Shown: positions 17,034-26,838, numbered from the stretch's first letter. The stretch is 64,000 nt of DNA from an uncultured Pseudomonadales bacterium (GCA_964510525.1 CAZECE010000071.1:11986-75985), one strand, 5' to 3'. The notes: generated by a model not told the origin, from the sequence alone. Translations and numbers: made by a program.

Positions 17034-18530
17034 TCATCCTGCCATACGTTCGACCCTCTCATCTCGCTCGGGCTGCAATAGACACTGCATCAATTGCGAC
17101 ATTTCAATATCACTGACATCGTGCCCCTGGCTCAACTCCAAGGCCTTTTTAATTAAGGTCAATGGCTGAAAGCGGCTGATGTCTTCAACCAAACTCAACC
17201 CATGGGTGACATAAGCTAACGGTAATTTGGAATCCATCAAAAAGCTTAAGACCTCGCCTAAGCGACGCGCTTCATCCAACTTAGTGGCGATTGCTCCCGC
17301 TATATTGATAGCACCCGATATATTTAACCTATCCGTCGACGAGCCTGCAGCAGCATATTGCTCAAAACACTCCGTCATCACCGAATTTTGATAGGTGCAA
17401 GCAACGGTAATAAAACATTTTAACTGCGGACCAAAAGCCCGTAACATTTGTAATTGATTGCTCCAGGCACCATCGTTATAAGGTAACCCAGCGGTATCCA
17501 CCAAAATCAAGCGGCGATCTTTAAACTGCTCCAATACCGACGTGACTTCCGCTGCCTCTGAACAAAACGCAACAGGCACATTCAATATCTGGCTTAACGT
17601 ATTCAATTGATGGTTAGCTCCCATACGAACACCATCAATCGACACCAAAGCAATTTCTTGTGAACCGTATTGTTGAACACATTTTGCGGCGATTTTTGCA
17701 ATACTCGTGGTTTTTCCTGAACCCGTGGGACCAATTAAAGCGAACACACCGGATTCATTGATAATTTCTTCAGGGTAAATGGGAATGTCTTGCGCGAATT
17801 TCTCAATAACGTGCCGCCACACCGTTTGCTGCTCATCCGTAGAAGCATCGATATCAACGACAAAACGCTCTGCAACAGAGGATGCAATTCCCATGGCGCA
17901 TAAGCGTTGTAATACATGGCTTTTAGCAGGATGATGTTGATGACACTGCCCCCAATTTAAAGCCGCGGCTTGACTGTCCAACAGGTTACGCAACCATAAG
18001 ACTTCGTTTTCTAATTTTTGTATAGTTGAACGCTCGGACGCCGCGGCTTTAGCTTCATAACTGGACTGGAGAGCGGGATTCTCCCGATTTTTTGTTGTCT
18101 GTACTTTTTTTGTTTTGCTCGAATCTGAAACCAGTTTAGGTGTAGATGCAGGTATAGAGGTAGGTGTCGTTGTTGTTTTTTCTGAAAGAGTCGCTTTTTT
18201 GGGTGGGCTCTTTTTTTCGCGAGAGGTTGATTTGTCGAGAGAAGTTGATTCCACTTGCAACGTTTTATTCAGGTGTTGTTTGGCTTTTTTCAAAACAGCC
18301 TTCACTTCTTCAGAATTTGGACTGCTGGCCCAATTCGCAGCTTGAGACTCGGTTATTTCTTTTTCTTTTAATTTTTCCATTACGCGTTCTGAAGTGCTGT
18401 CAGAGGCAATCATTTCAATGCCTTCTGGAACCTTCCGCTGACTCAAAATAACAGCCTCTTCCCCCAACAGTTCTCGGACCTGTTTTAAAGCATTTTTCAT
18501 ATCAGGTGCAATAATTTTTTTAGCATTCAT
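17034..18530 (-). CDS. flhF: SRP-type GTPase FlhF, flagellar placement
   Basis: Low-complexity basic N-domain followed by GPTGSGKTTSIAKIA and DTAG GTPase motifs. Confidence 0.9.
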   Translation of the reverse strand: MNAKKIIAPDMKNALKQVRELLGEEAVILSQRKVPEGIEMIASDSTSERVMEKLKEKEITESQAANWASSPNSEEVKAVLKKAKQHLNKTLQVESTSLDKSTSREKKSPPKKATLSEKTTTTPTSIPASTPKLVSDSSKTKKVQTTKNRENPALQSSYEAKAAASERSTIQKLENEVLWLRNLLDSQAAALNWGQCHQHHPAKSHVLQRLCAMGIASSVAERFVVDIDASTDEQQTVWRHVIEKFAQDIPIYPEEIINESGVFALIGPTGSGKTTSIAKIAAKCVQQYGSQEIALVSIDGVRMGANHQLNTLSQILNVPVAFCSEAAEVTSVLEQFKDRRLILVDTAGLPYNDGAWSNQLQMLRAFGPQLKCFITVACTYQNSVMTECFEQYAAAGSSTDRLNISGAINIAGAIATKLDEARRLGEVLSFLMDSKLPLAYVTHGLSLVEDISRFQPLTLIKKALELSQGHDVSDIEMSQLMQCLLQPERDERVERMAG

Positions 18531-18610
18531 AGTCTGGTACCTTAGTTTCTAACTGTATTCTTTCTTACTACCCTGTTCAGTCGCATTATTTTTCCTTAAA
18601 TTTTTCTCCG

Positions 18611-20800
18611 CTAGCTTTGCCCAATTTGAGCAATCACGGTTATATTTTTTCCTTCTGGAATTTCGTTGTAAGACAACACGCTTAAACCTGCGAGCCCATA
18701 GCGTAAAAATCGAGCCAACATATTACGAATACCCGAAGCGACCAATAAAACGGGAGGCAACCCTTGCATTTCTTGTTGGGTCACCAGGTTAGCCACCGAT
18801 TCTTGTAATTTTTTAGCCAAAGTGGGTTCAATGGTGGCATCGGTTTCTTTACCACCATTCTGCTTGGCTTGAAAAACTGCTTGCGTCAGAATTTGCTCTA
18901 ATTCAGGCTGAAGCGTCATAACTTTTAACTCTTGTTCGGGACCCGTTAGCCCATGAACAATCATTCTCGACAATGCCAACCGAGCCGCACTGACCAAAGC
19001 TTCGTGGTTTTGTGCCTGATCACTGACTTGAGACAAGGCTTCCAAAATGGTGCGTAAATCTTTAATCGGAATTTGCTCACGTAACAACATTTGCAATACG
19101 CTTAACAAGGTACTGAGCGAGATAGGCTGAGGCACAACATTTTCAACCAATTTGGCATTCTTTTTACTCAGCTGATCCAATAATTTTTGTAATTCTTCAA
19201 ATCCAAGCAATTCATCCGCATGTGTTTGCATCACATGATTAATGTGAGTCGCAATCACCGTACTGGGATCCACCACTGTGTACCCAAGATTTTGCGCCTG
19301 ATCTTTTTGAGCGGCTTCAATCCAGATGGCATCCAAGCCAAATGCGGGGTCTTTTCCAGGAATACCCGGCACGTTGCCAAACACTTGACCAGGATTGATC
19401 GCCAACTCACGATCCACATGGATTTCAGCTTCCGCAACCGTGACCCCTTTTAAAGTAATACGATACTGAGTGGGCAATAACTCTAAATTATCTCGAATAT
19501 GAACCGTCGGCATTAAAAAGCCCATTTCTTGGGATAATTTTTTTCTAACCCCTCTGACTCGCGTCAACAAATCACCTTCTTGGCTGTCATCCACTAACCC
19601 AATTAAGCGATAACCAACTTCCAGTCCCACCAGGTCGACCGGTTGAACATCGTCCCAACCCAACTCTTTTGGTTGGGAACTGACTTCCCCGCTGATAGGC
19701 TCACCGGATTCAAGCGTTCCTTGAATAGGTTGTGCGTTACCGGTGGATCCCATGTTCGCAGCCCCACTGTTACCAGTCCCCAAGTTAGCCATGACCCCAG
19801 ATCCTTGATCGTCCGGCAACGGCCGTTTTTGAATAAACACCGACAACCCAACACAAGCGCCCGCCAAGGTCAGAAACGACAAATGCGGCATGCCTGGCAC
19901 AATACCCAAAACACCCAGTACACCGGCCGCTAACATCAACGCATCTGGGCTATTCAACATCTGCTTGCGAACTTGATTAGATAAATCTTGTGCGCTATTG
20001 ACACGCGTTACCATAATAGCGGCAGAAACTGACAGTAACAGTGACGGCACTTGCGCCACTAATCCATCACCAATGGTCAATAAGGCGTATTTTTGCATTG
20101 CATCGGCAAACCCTAAGTCGTGTTGCGCAACGCCAATTGCGAGACCACCAATGAGGTTAATTAACAAAATTAATATGCCGGCAACTGCATCCCCACGCAC
20201 AAATTTGCTGGCACCATCCATCGCCCCATAAAAATCCGCCTCTTCCGCAATATCGGCCCTTCTAGCCTTCGCTTCCGTTTGATCGATCAACCCGGCATTT
20301 AAATCCGCATCAATGGCCATTTGCTTACCGGGCATGGCATCCAATGTAAAACGAGCCGTAACTTCTGAAATACGCCCCGCACCCTTGGTCACGACCATAA
20401 AATTGATAATGATTAAAATCAGGAATACCACCAAGCCCACCGCATAATTGCCACCAATCAACACCTCGCCAAAGGCTTCAATCACTTTCCCAGCAGCATC
20501 CCCACCTTGATGGCCTTCTAGCAGCACAATACGTGTTGAAGCGATGTTCAATGCCAAACGCAGTAAAGTCGCAACCAATAGCACCGTGGGAAATATGGCG
20601 AACTCAACAGGCCGCAAGGTTTGCAAACTGACCAATAACACTAATAACGACAACGCAATGTTAAACGAGAAAAAAACATCAAGCAGAATGACGGGCAATG
20701 GCAACGTCATCATCGCCAAGATCGCTACCAAAAAGATCGGCGGCGCCAACTGGCTGTAGTTTAATGACTTAACGGTTTGTTGCAGATCGGCGATCACCAC
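18611..20800 (-). CDS. flhA: Flagellar export gate protein FlhA
   Basis: N-terminal 8-TM domain (MMTLPLPVILLDVFFSFNIALS, TIGDGLVAQVPSLLLS) and a C-terminal cytoplasmic ring domain. The TTG/GTG/GTG start cluster lies at 20803-20795; GAGGG is 5 nt before GTG 20800. Confidence 0.95.
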   Translation of the reverse strand: MVIADLQQTVKSLNYSQLAPPIFLVAILAMMTLPLPVILLDVFFSFNIALSLLVLLVSLQTLRPVEFAIFPTVLLVATLLRLALNIASTRIVLLEGHQGGDAAGKVIEAFGEVLIGGNYAVGLVVFLILIIINFMVVTKGAGRISEVTARFTLDAMPGKQMAIDADLNAGLIDQTEAKARRADIAEEADFYGAMDGASKFVRGDAVAGILILLINLIGGLAIGVAQHDLGFADAMQKYALLTIGDGLVAQVPSLLLSVSAAIMVTRVNSAQDLSNQVRKQMLNSPDALMLAAGVLGVLGIVPGMPHLSFLTLAGACVGLSVFIQKRPLPDDQGSGVMANLGTGNSGAANMGSTGNAQPIQGTLESGEPISGEVSSQPKELGWDDVQPVDLVGLEVGYRLIGLVDDSQEGDLLTRVRGVRKKLSQEMGFLMPTVHIRDNLELLPTQYRITLKGVTVAEAEIHVDRELAINPGQVFGNVPGIPGKDPAFGLDAIWIEAAQKDQAQNLGYTVVDPSTVIATHINHVMQTHADELLGFEELQKLLDQLSKKNAKLVENVVPQPISLSTLLSVLQMLLREQIPIKDLRTILEALSQVSDQAQNHEALVSAARLALSRMIVHGLTGPEQELKVMTLQPELEQILTQAVFQAKQNGGKETDATIEPTLAKKLQESVANLVTQQEMQGLPPVLLVASGIRNMLARFLRYGLAGLSVLSYNEIPEGKNITVIAQIGQS

Positions 20801-20846
20801 CAATACCCTCGTAAAATTGACACAAATTGATCATCATTAAGCTACA

Positions 20847-20862
20847 AGCAAAAATCTAACCA
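20847..20862 (-). promoter_or_regulatory. Candidate sigma-54 promoter upstream of flhA
   Basis: The minus strand reads TGGTTAGATTTTTGCT. GG-N10-GC spacing is correct and the -12 element TTGCT is perfect. It lies 45-60 nt upstream of the flhA start. Confidence 0.35.
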
Positions 20863-20890
20863 ACTTTTACGATATGGGTATCAATTCACC

Positions 20891-22024
20891 TTAATCTCGA
20901 CGAAACTCTTCCGGAATGGGGAAATTAGGATGACCAATAGGCTGTTTTCTGAGCCCTTTCTTGTACTGGTTCATCTGATACACATAAGCAAGTGCTTGCG
21001 CGACCGCCAAATACAAACCGGCAGGAATTTGCTGATTAATTCGAGTGGCGTAATAAACAGCCCGCGCTAAAGGCGGCGCTTGCAATACTTCAATATCATG
21101 AGATTCGGCTATTTCACGGATTTTCAAAGCAACAAGGTTTTGCCCTTTGGCAACCAACACAGGCGCTTCGTCCTGAGCGCTGTTGTACCTTAACGCAACA
21201 GCGTAGTGCTGCGGGTTCGTAATGACAATATCCGCTTCTGGCACCTTATCCATCATGCGACGCTGCGCCATCTCGCGTTGTAATTGACGAATTCGACCTT
21301 TGACCTCTGGCGTACCTTCCGCCGCTTTATGCTCTTCTTTGACTTCTTGTTTGGTCATTTTTAACTGCGTTGTGTGTTGCCAAAGCTGGAACGGTACATC
21401 GATCATCACCACAACAATGGTACTGGCAGTAACCCACAAAAAAGTCTCGCCTATCGTTTTTAAGCTGACTAACATGGCTTGGCTCGGCGCCAATTTACTA
21501 ATCCCGATGAGTTCCGGCACTTTGATGCTCAACACAAAAATTGAAACGCCCGCCACTAACAAAAATTTGGCGATCGCCTTCAAAAGCTCAACTAACGACT
21601 TGCTTGAGAACATCCGCTTAAAGCCCTTAATGGGATTAAAGCTATCAAATTTAGGCTGCAGAACCTGTGTCGAAAATCCAACGCCTCCGAGCAAGCAAGA
21701 GCCGACAACTCCGATGGCAAAAAGAGAGAGAAATAAAGGCCAAGCACTGAGTATGACCCTTTCAATACTCGAATTTAATAAACGGACAATTTCGTGTTGA
21801 TTTTTCACAACATTTTCTGGAGCAGAAAACAGACCAGAGGCCACCTCAGACACATTGATCGCAATGCTGGGACCTAAAATGATAATCATAATGGCGCCCA
21901 GCATGATCACACAAAAACTGGTGAGCTCCTTAGAACGCGCAACCTGACCTTTCTCGCGGGCCTGCTGGAGTCGCCGCCCCGAGGGGTCTTCCGTTTTTTC
22001 TTGACCGCTTTCTGACTCTGCCAT
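20891..22024 (-). CDS. flhB: Flagellar export switch protein FlhB
   Basis: Four TM helices and a C-terminal domain with the autocleavage site reading NPQH (canonical NPTH) at aa 270-273. Confidence 0.95.
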   Translation of the reverse strand: MAESESGQEKTEDPSGRRLQQAREKGQVARSKELTSFCVIMLGAIMIIILGPSIAINVSEVASGLFSAPENVVKNQHEIVRLLNSSIERVILSAWPLFLSLFAIGVVGSCLLGGVGFSTQVLQPKFDSFNPIKGFKRMFSSKSLVELLKAIAKFLLVAGVSIFVLSIKVPELIGISKLAPSQAMLVSLKTIGETFLWVTASTIVVVMIDVPFQLWQHTTQLKMTKQEVKEEHKAAEGTPEVKGRIRQLQREMAQRRMMDKVPEADIVITNPQHYAVALRYNSAQDEAPVLVAKGQNLVALKIREIAESHDIEVLQAPPLARAVYYATRINQQIPAGLYLAVAQALAYVYQMNQYKKGLRKQPIGHPNFPIPEEFRRD

Positions 22025-22056
22025 ACTAAATTAGCCAGCATGTTGGCTGATACAAG

Positions 22057-22857
22057 TTAAAATTCACTGATCATCAGCTGCATAAAATCCAAATGCTCAG
22101 CCGTAAATTGTTCAAATTGAGGCAAATATCCCCCCACACAAAACCAAATCATAAGAACGCCAAACACCATATTAAAAGGAAAGCCAATCGCAAAAATATT
22201 CAACGTCGGTGCCAACCTCGCCATCAAGCCAAACGCTAAGTTAACCAACAGCAAGGCCGTTACCGCAGGCAACGCAACAAGCAAAGCAGCACCAAATAAC
22301 CAAGACGCATGACCAACCAGCACCATCATCCCTGATGCCTCAAAACCACGAGCGGAAATGGGCAGCATCGTGAAACTGTCTGTCAATACCTGCAATACCG
22401 CAAGATGACCATTCATGGTCAAAAACAATAAGTTGGTCAGCATTAAATACAGCTGACCAACAGCAGCCACGTTAATGCCATTCACAGGGTCAATTAAAGT
22501 CGCAAAGCCCAAACCATTTTGCATGGCAATCATTTGACCGCCTACGACCGCAATATGAAATAAAATTTGGACGCTGAAACCCAAAGCAACCCCAATAAAA
22601 ATTTCTTTCACACTCACCCACATAAGCTGCCACCAAGCGAGTCGCGTCATGTCATCAAAAGGAAGAGCTGGCGCATAATCCATTAAAAAAGGGAAAAGCA
22701 TGGCCGTAAAGGTAATGGCCAGCAACAATCGCACCCGAACGGGAACCAACCGGGTACCGATGATGGGAACAGTCATCATAAAAGCGCTAATGCGGAAAAA
22801 AGGCCATAACATCTGGGCCAAGCCGACCATCAACTCATTCAAGGACAAAGTAAACAT
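22057..22857 (-). CDS. fliR: Flagellar export apparatus protein FliR
   Basis: Polytopic membrane protein. ATG 22857 (MFTLSLNEL) avoids the 53-nt overlap with fliQ that the track start at 22929 would give. Confidence 0.9.
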   Translation of the reverse strand: MFTLSLNELMVGLAQMLWPFFRISAFMMTVPIIGTRLVPVRVRLLLAITFTAMLFPFLMDYAPALPFDDMTRLAWWQLMWVSVKEIFIGVALGFSVQILFHIAVVGGQMIAMQNGLGFATLIDPVNGINVAAVGQLYLMLTNLLFLTMNGHLAVLQVLTDSFTMLPISARGFEASGMMVLVGHASWLFGAALLVALPAVTALLLVNLAFGLMARLAPTLNIFAIGFPFNMVFGVLMIWFCVGGYLPQFEQFTAEHLDFMQLMISEF

Positions 22858-22876
22858 GATTACCCTATTGCCTCGA

Positions 22877-23146
22877 TTACCCGATGAGGTGCGGAATCTC
22901 ATTGAACAGTCTTTTGGCAAAACTGACAATTTCAGAACTCAACCAAGGCGCAGCAATAGATACCGCAAACAAAGTAGCCAACAGCCTGGGCAAGAAACTC
23001 AACGTTTGTTCATTAATTTGAGTGGCCGCTTGAAAGGCTGAAATGATCAAACCGACAAACAAACCGGGCAAAATAATGACAGACACCATGCTCACGGCTA
23101 AAAAAATACCCTCTCTAAAAATATCGAGCACAATCTCAGATGTCAT
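22877..23146 (-). CDS. fliQ: Flagellar export apparatus protein FliQ
   Basis: 89 aa with two TM helices, between fliP and fliR. GGAG SD. Confidence 0.95.
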   Translation of the reverse strand: MTSEIVLDIFREGIFLAVSMVSVIILPGLFVGLIISAFQAATQINEQTLSFLPRLLATLFAVSIAAPWLSSEIVSFAKRLFNEIPHLIG

Positions 23147-23189
23147 AATAAACTCCCGAAAGCATGACTATCACCAGCCTCCATGCTCA

Positions 23190-23951
23190 TTACAAACCAA
23201 AACTGGCCGCCAACGTCCCAATAATCATGGCCCAGCCATCAACAAATACAAACAGCATAATTTTAAAGGGTAATGACACAATTAAGGGGGATAACATCAT
23301 CATCCCCATTGCCATCAAAATACTCGCAACCACCATATCAATGATCAAAAAGGGCAAAAACAATAAAAAACCTATTTGAAAAGCGGTTTTCAGCTCGCTG
23401 GTAACAAAAGCTGGAATCAACATGGTCAGGCTAATGTCGTCTGGCGAGGCCACCGCTGGCTTGCCTGACATTTGCATGAACATCAGTAAGTCGTCTTCTC
23501 GTGTTTGCGCCAACATAAATTCTCTAAACGGTTTTTGTACCGCGTTAAACGCTTCTTCAGCATTTATTTTTTCTTCAATATAAGGTTGAACCGCGTCTTC
23601 ATAAGCCGTTTCAAAAACCGGCGCCATCACAAAAAACGTTAAGAATAATGCCAAGCCAATTAAGATTTGATTGGAAGGTGTTTGTTGCAATCCCATGGCT
23701 TGTCTCAGAATTGAAAAAACCACAATTATGCGTGTAAACGCAGTCACCATCATTAACAACGCAGGTAAGAAAGTCAGCGCCGTCATTAAAGCGACAATTT
23801 GAATGGTCATCGTATACTCAACCGATTCATCTGGGCCTTGCACCACCTTCATGATGGGCAAGCCAAATGCCTCCGCATACACACCCTGTGCTGAGAGCAG
23901 CAACCCTAATGAGCAAAGAGCAATGACGATCCGTTTTAAATTATTCATCAT
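23190..23951 (-). CDS. fliP: Flagellar export apparatus protein FliP
   Basis: Signal peptide plus conserved [29 protein letters not shown] and [27 protein letters not shown]. Confidence 0.95.
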   Translation of the reverse strand: MMNNLKRIVIALCSLGLLLSAQGVYAEAFGLPIMKVVQGPDESVEYTMTIQIVALMTALTFLPALLMMVTAFTRIIVVFSILRQAMGLQQTPSNQILIGLALFLTFFVMAPVFETAYEDAVQPYIEEKINAEEAFNAVQKPFREFMLAQTREDDLLMFMQMSGKPAVASPDDISLTMLIPAFVTSELKTAFQIGFLLFLPFLIIDMVVASILMAMGMMMLSPLIVSLPFKIMLFVFVDGWAMIIGTLAASFGL

Positions 23952-23988
23952 ATTGTTTTATTCAAATTTTTTGTTCAAGTTTTCTTGT

Positions 23989-24624
23989 TCAAGTTGTTTT
24001 GGACCAGATTTTTTTTAACACATCATTAAAAGAAGCCGCCTGTTGCGTCGTTTGTTCAGCCATTGATTGATCAACAGCGTCTGAAACAGACGTCTTGCCT
24101 TTCGCTTGCCCTAACCAAGCGGCCAGTTCGGATTCATCTTCAGCCGTAAACTCTTTTAGCAGATTCACATTATGATCCGTTACTCCAATCAAAAAGTGAC
24201 TGGATAGCATTTTAACCAAAACTATTTTTTGCTTAGGCCCTACAGACAAAACCGTGACTATTTTAAGACCCTGATGGTGTGCCTGATTAAACAGTGCCGT
24301 ACGCCTATAGATAAACGCCATCGCCGACATCACGGCGATCACTAAAATCAACCCCAATATCATTTCCAACAGCATTTCAGAAAACGTCGAGTTATCTTCT
24401 GCTTTTTTTCCAAAACGACTTTGAGTAGAAGACTTATCATCGGACTTTTCAAGTGACTGAGTCGGCTCGACATCTGCCACTGCTGCCAATGAGTTGCTGG
24501 CTGCACCATCTTCCGCCAACAGCTCCCCAGGAAGTGCTAGCGTTATCGACAGTAACAGCAACTCTAACAACATCACAACGCTAGGAATGGAGGGTAACGA
24601 TGTATGCCGAAAAAAGGTCATCAT
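23989..24624 (-). CDS. fliO: Flagellar biosynthesis protein FliO (long form)
   Basis: Located between fliN and fliP. Central TM helix MILGLILVIAVMSAMAFIYRR followed by the GLKIVTVLSVGPKQKIVLVK beta region. It also has an extra N-terminal signal-like helix and an acidic segment. Confidence 0.75.
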   Translation of the reverse strand: MMTFFRHTSLPSIPSVVMLLELLLLSITLALPGELLAEDGAASNSLAAVADVEPTQSLEKSDDKSSTQSRFGKKAEDNSTFSEMLLEMILGLILVIAVMSAMAFIYRRTALFNQAHHQGLKIVTVLSVGPKQKIVLVKMLSSHFLIGVTDHNVNLLKEFTAEDESELAAWLGQAKGKTSVSDAVDQSMAEQTTQQAASFNDVLKKIWSKTT

Positions 24625-25034
24625 TTGAGGCGCTTGATCCGGTCAGAAGGACTCACAATATCCGTTAAACGAATGCCAAATTTTTCATTAACCACCACCA
24701 CTTCACCATGCGCTATTAAGGTGCCGTTAACCATCACATCTAAAGCCTCACCGGCTAAACGATCCAGCTCAATCACCGAACCTTGATTGAGTTGCAATAG
24801 ATTGCGAATGCTGATTTCAGTACTGCCGACTTCCATCGATATCATCACCGGAATGTCTAAAATCACATCCAGATTCGGGTTATCCTCACCCCCCAGCGGG
24901 ACAGAATTATCAATGAGCTGATCTAACTCAGCCGCCTGAACGTCCCCACCGTCTTCATCCACTTGCTCTTCTAAAGCCGCAGCCCACTCATCGGCTAAAG
25001 CGCTGTCATCTACGGGTTGTTCATCTTCTGCCAT
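24621..25034 (-). CDS. fliN: Flagellar motor switch protein FliN
   Basis: Acidic N-terminus and C-terminal SpoA domain (LLQLNQGSVIELDRLAGEALDVMVNG). Confidence 0.9.
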   Translation of the reverse strand: MAEDEQPVDDSALADEWAAALEEQVDEDGGDVQAAELDQLIDNSVPLGGEDNPNLDVILDIPVMISMEVGSTEISIRNLLQLNQGSVIELDRLAGEALDVMVNGTLIAHGEVVVVNEKFGIRLTDIVSPSDRIKRLK

Positions 25035-25060
25035 TATTTCTCACCTTACTTACCTTAAAT

Positions 25061-26038
25061 TCAAGAGACTTTCTTGCGCTCATAACGATCCATCACTTGC
25101 AGCGCCATGCTGCCTTTAGAAACCCCTAATTTTGTTTTAAACGTCGGCACCCCATTGGCCATTAACGTTACATGATCTGGCATATCAACCGGAATCACAT
25201 CACCTGCTTCCAAATCACAAAGGGACTGCAAAGACATTTTTTTCTCAACCACTCGCGCTCTAATTGGCACCTTCGCATCCATCAAATCTTCTCTCAGTGC
25301 TTTACCCCAACGCTCATCGGAATCATCCACATCACTCTGAACACCAGAATCCAGGACTTCTCGAACCGGCTCGATCATCGAATATGGCATCGTAAGATGC
25401 ATATCACCACCGCCACCATCCAACTCAATGTGAAAGCTGTTCACAATCACCACTTCACTTGGGCTGACAATATTCGCCAACGAAGGGTTTACTTCCATAC
25501 CTAAATAATCAAACTCGATGTTGTAGACAGGGTTCCAGGCTTCTTCCATATCTTTAAAAGCCGTCTCTAACACCATTTGAATCACACGATTTTCGGTCGG
25601 CGTAAACTCTCGACCTTCGATCTTGACGTGACGCCCATCGCCGCCAAAAAAATTATCGACCAACTTAAACACCAACTTCGCATCTAGGACGAACAACCCC
25701 GTGCCTCTTAAAGGTTTGAGCTTGACCATATTCAAACTGGTGGGAACGTATAGGGTATGCACATATTCGCCAAACTTTTGAATTTGAACGCCACCCACTG
25801 AGACATCCGCTGTACGGCGTAACAAATTAAACAAACTAATGCGCGTGTATCGAGCAAAACGCTCATTGATCATTTCCAGCGTCGGCATGCGCCCACGCAC
25901 AATCCGATCTTGAGTGGCTAGGTCATAGCCTTTAATCCCCTCCGCGCCTTCATCGCCTTCCGTTTCAACAGAGCCGTCATCGACCCCGTGAAGCAAGGCA
26001 TCAATTTCATCCTGTGAGAGTAAATCTTGTATGGACAC
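25061..26038 (-). CDS. fliM: Flagellar motor switch protein FliM
   Basis: N-terminal CheY-P binding peptide LSQDEIDALLHG, plus middle and SpoA-like domains. GTG start with AGGAAA upstream. Confidence 0.95.
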   Translation of the reverse strand: MSIQDLLSQDEIDALLHGVDDGSVETEGDEGAEGIKGYDLATQDRIVRGRMPTLEMINERFARYTRISLFNLLRRTADVSVGGVQIQKFGEYVHTLYVPTSLNMVKLKPLRGTGLFVLDAKLVFKLVDNFFGGDGRHVKIEGREFTPTENRVIQMVLETAFKDMEEAWNPVYNIEFDYLGMEVNPSLANIVSPSEVVIVNSFHIELDGGGGDMHLTMPYSMIEPVREVLDSGVQSDVDDSDERWGKALREDLMDAKVPIRARVVEKKMSLQSLCDLEAGDVIPVDMPDHVTLMANGVPTFKTKLGVSKGSMALQVMDRYERKKVS

Positions 26039-26101
26039 CTAATTTCCTACTGTTAAATACAAACTGTTAAACACAAATAATGCGACACTGGCTCATGCAA
26101 A

Positions 26102-26653
26102 TTATTGAATGATAAATGTTGTGTAGTAAACATCTTCAATCGAGGGATCACCCACTTCAGCCTCCATCAAGGTTCTGATTTCTTCAACTAAAGACTCACG
26201 CATGATTTCTTTGCCTTCTGGGCTTTGAAGCTCATCAAACAGTTGAGCCGCAACCAAAGTGAGAATATTACTGCGAATCTTGGGTAAGTGTTTGATCACA
26301 GCAGTATAAGAATCGTCTGAACGTGTCATCAACGTTAACTCTAATTGCAGATAGCGCTTTCGCCCCGAGTCATCAAAATGCGTCACAAAGGGAGGCTTTA
26401 ACGGTATATACATGGCAGGGGCTTTTTCTTCTTCAACCACCTCTTCTGCTACCATCTCAGCTTCTTCTTCACTATCGCCGCTTAACAGAAAAAAAGCCGC
26501 GCCACCGCCGATCAACAACACTACAACGGCCGCGATAATAATTAATAAAAGTTTACTGCCTCCTTTCTTCCCAGAGCCATCATCATCACCACCGCCTCCG
26601 CCAATGTTCTCATCTCCAGAAACTTCGAGATCGAGTGCCTGATCATCTGCCAT
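26102..26653 (-). CDS. fliL: Flagellar basal-body-associated protein FliL
   Basis: Acidic/Gly-rich N-terminus, a single TM helix and a FliL periplasmic domain (YIPLKPPFVTHF). First gene of the fliL-R block. Confidence 0.85.
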   Translation of the reverse strand: MADDQALDLEVSGDENIGGGGGDDDGSGKKGGSKLLLIIIAAVVVLLIGGGAAFFLLSGDSEEEAEMVAEEVVEEEKAPAMYIPLKPPFVTHFDDSGRKRYLQLELTLMTRSDDSYTAVIKHLPKIRSNILTLVAAQLFDELQSPEGKEIMRESLVEEIRTLMEAEVGDPSIEDVYYTTFIIQ

Positions 26654-26794
26654 GAATGCTCTCCCTAAAATGCTGCGTACTCAGTTATATCGCGCGTCAG
26701 TAGTTTGACAAGATACCAACGGTTAATAGCGACAAAACGCATAATAACGACAATACGCCAAATAACCGATTAAATTCTTTCGATATTATGCACA

Positions 26795-26810
26795 AGCACA
26801 AAGGATGCCA
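26795..26810 (-). promoter_or_regulatory. Candidate sigma-54 promoter for fliLMNOPQR
   Basis: The minus strand reads TGGCATCCTTTGTGCT, with GG-N10-GC spacing, a TGGCA -24 element and a GC-T -12 element. It lies ~140-155 nt upstream of the fliL ATG. Confidence 0.45.
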
Positions 26811-26838
26811 ACAGAAAATGGGCGCGAAGAACTGCGCG

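Noticed and set aside
16569-17081. 170-aa plus-strand ORF spanning the flhG 5' end and the flhF-flhG gap. Similar antisense ORFs occur in flhB (21300..21800), manC (45534..46040), lpxK (4477..4887) and accD (54144..54563).
   Set aside because: All are fully overlapped by strongly supported genes on the opposite strand, and their translations look non-protein-like (His/Arg/Asn/Thr-rich).
23941-23992. My manual base count of the fliP start and fliO stop differed by one base from the ORF-track coordinates, which briefly suggested a frameshift at the fliP 5' end.
   Set aside because: The track translation (MMNNLKRIV...) is continuous and FliP-like, and anchors on both sides (23190, 24624, 25034) agree with the track. 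This is most likely my counting error in an A/T run. I kept the track coordinates.
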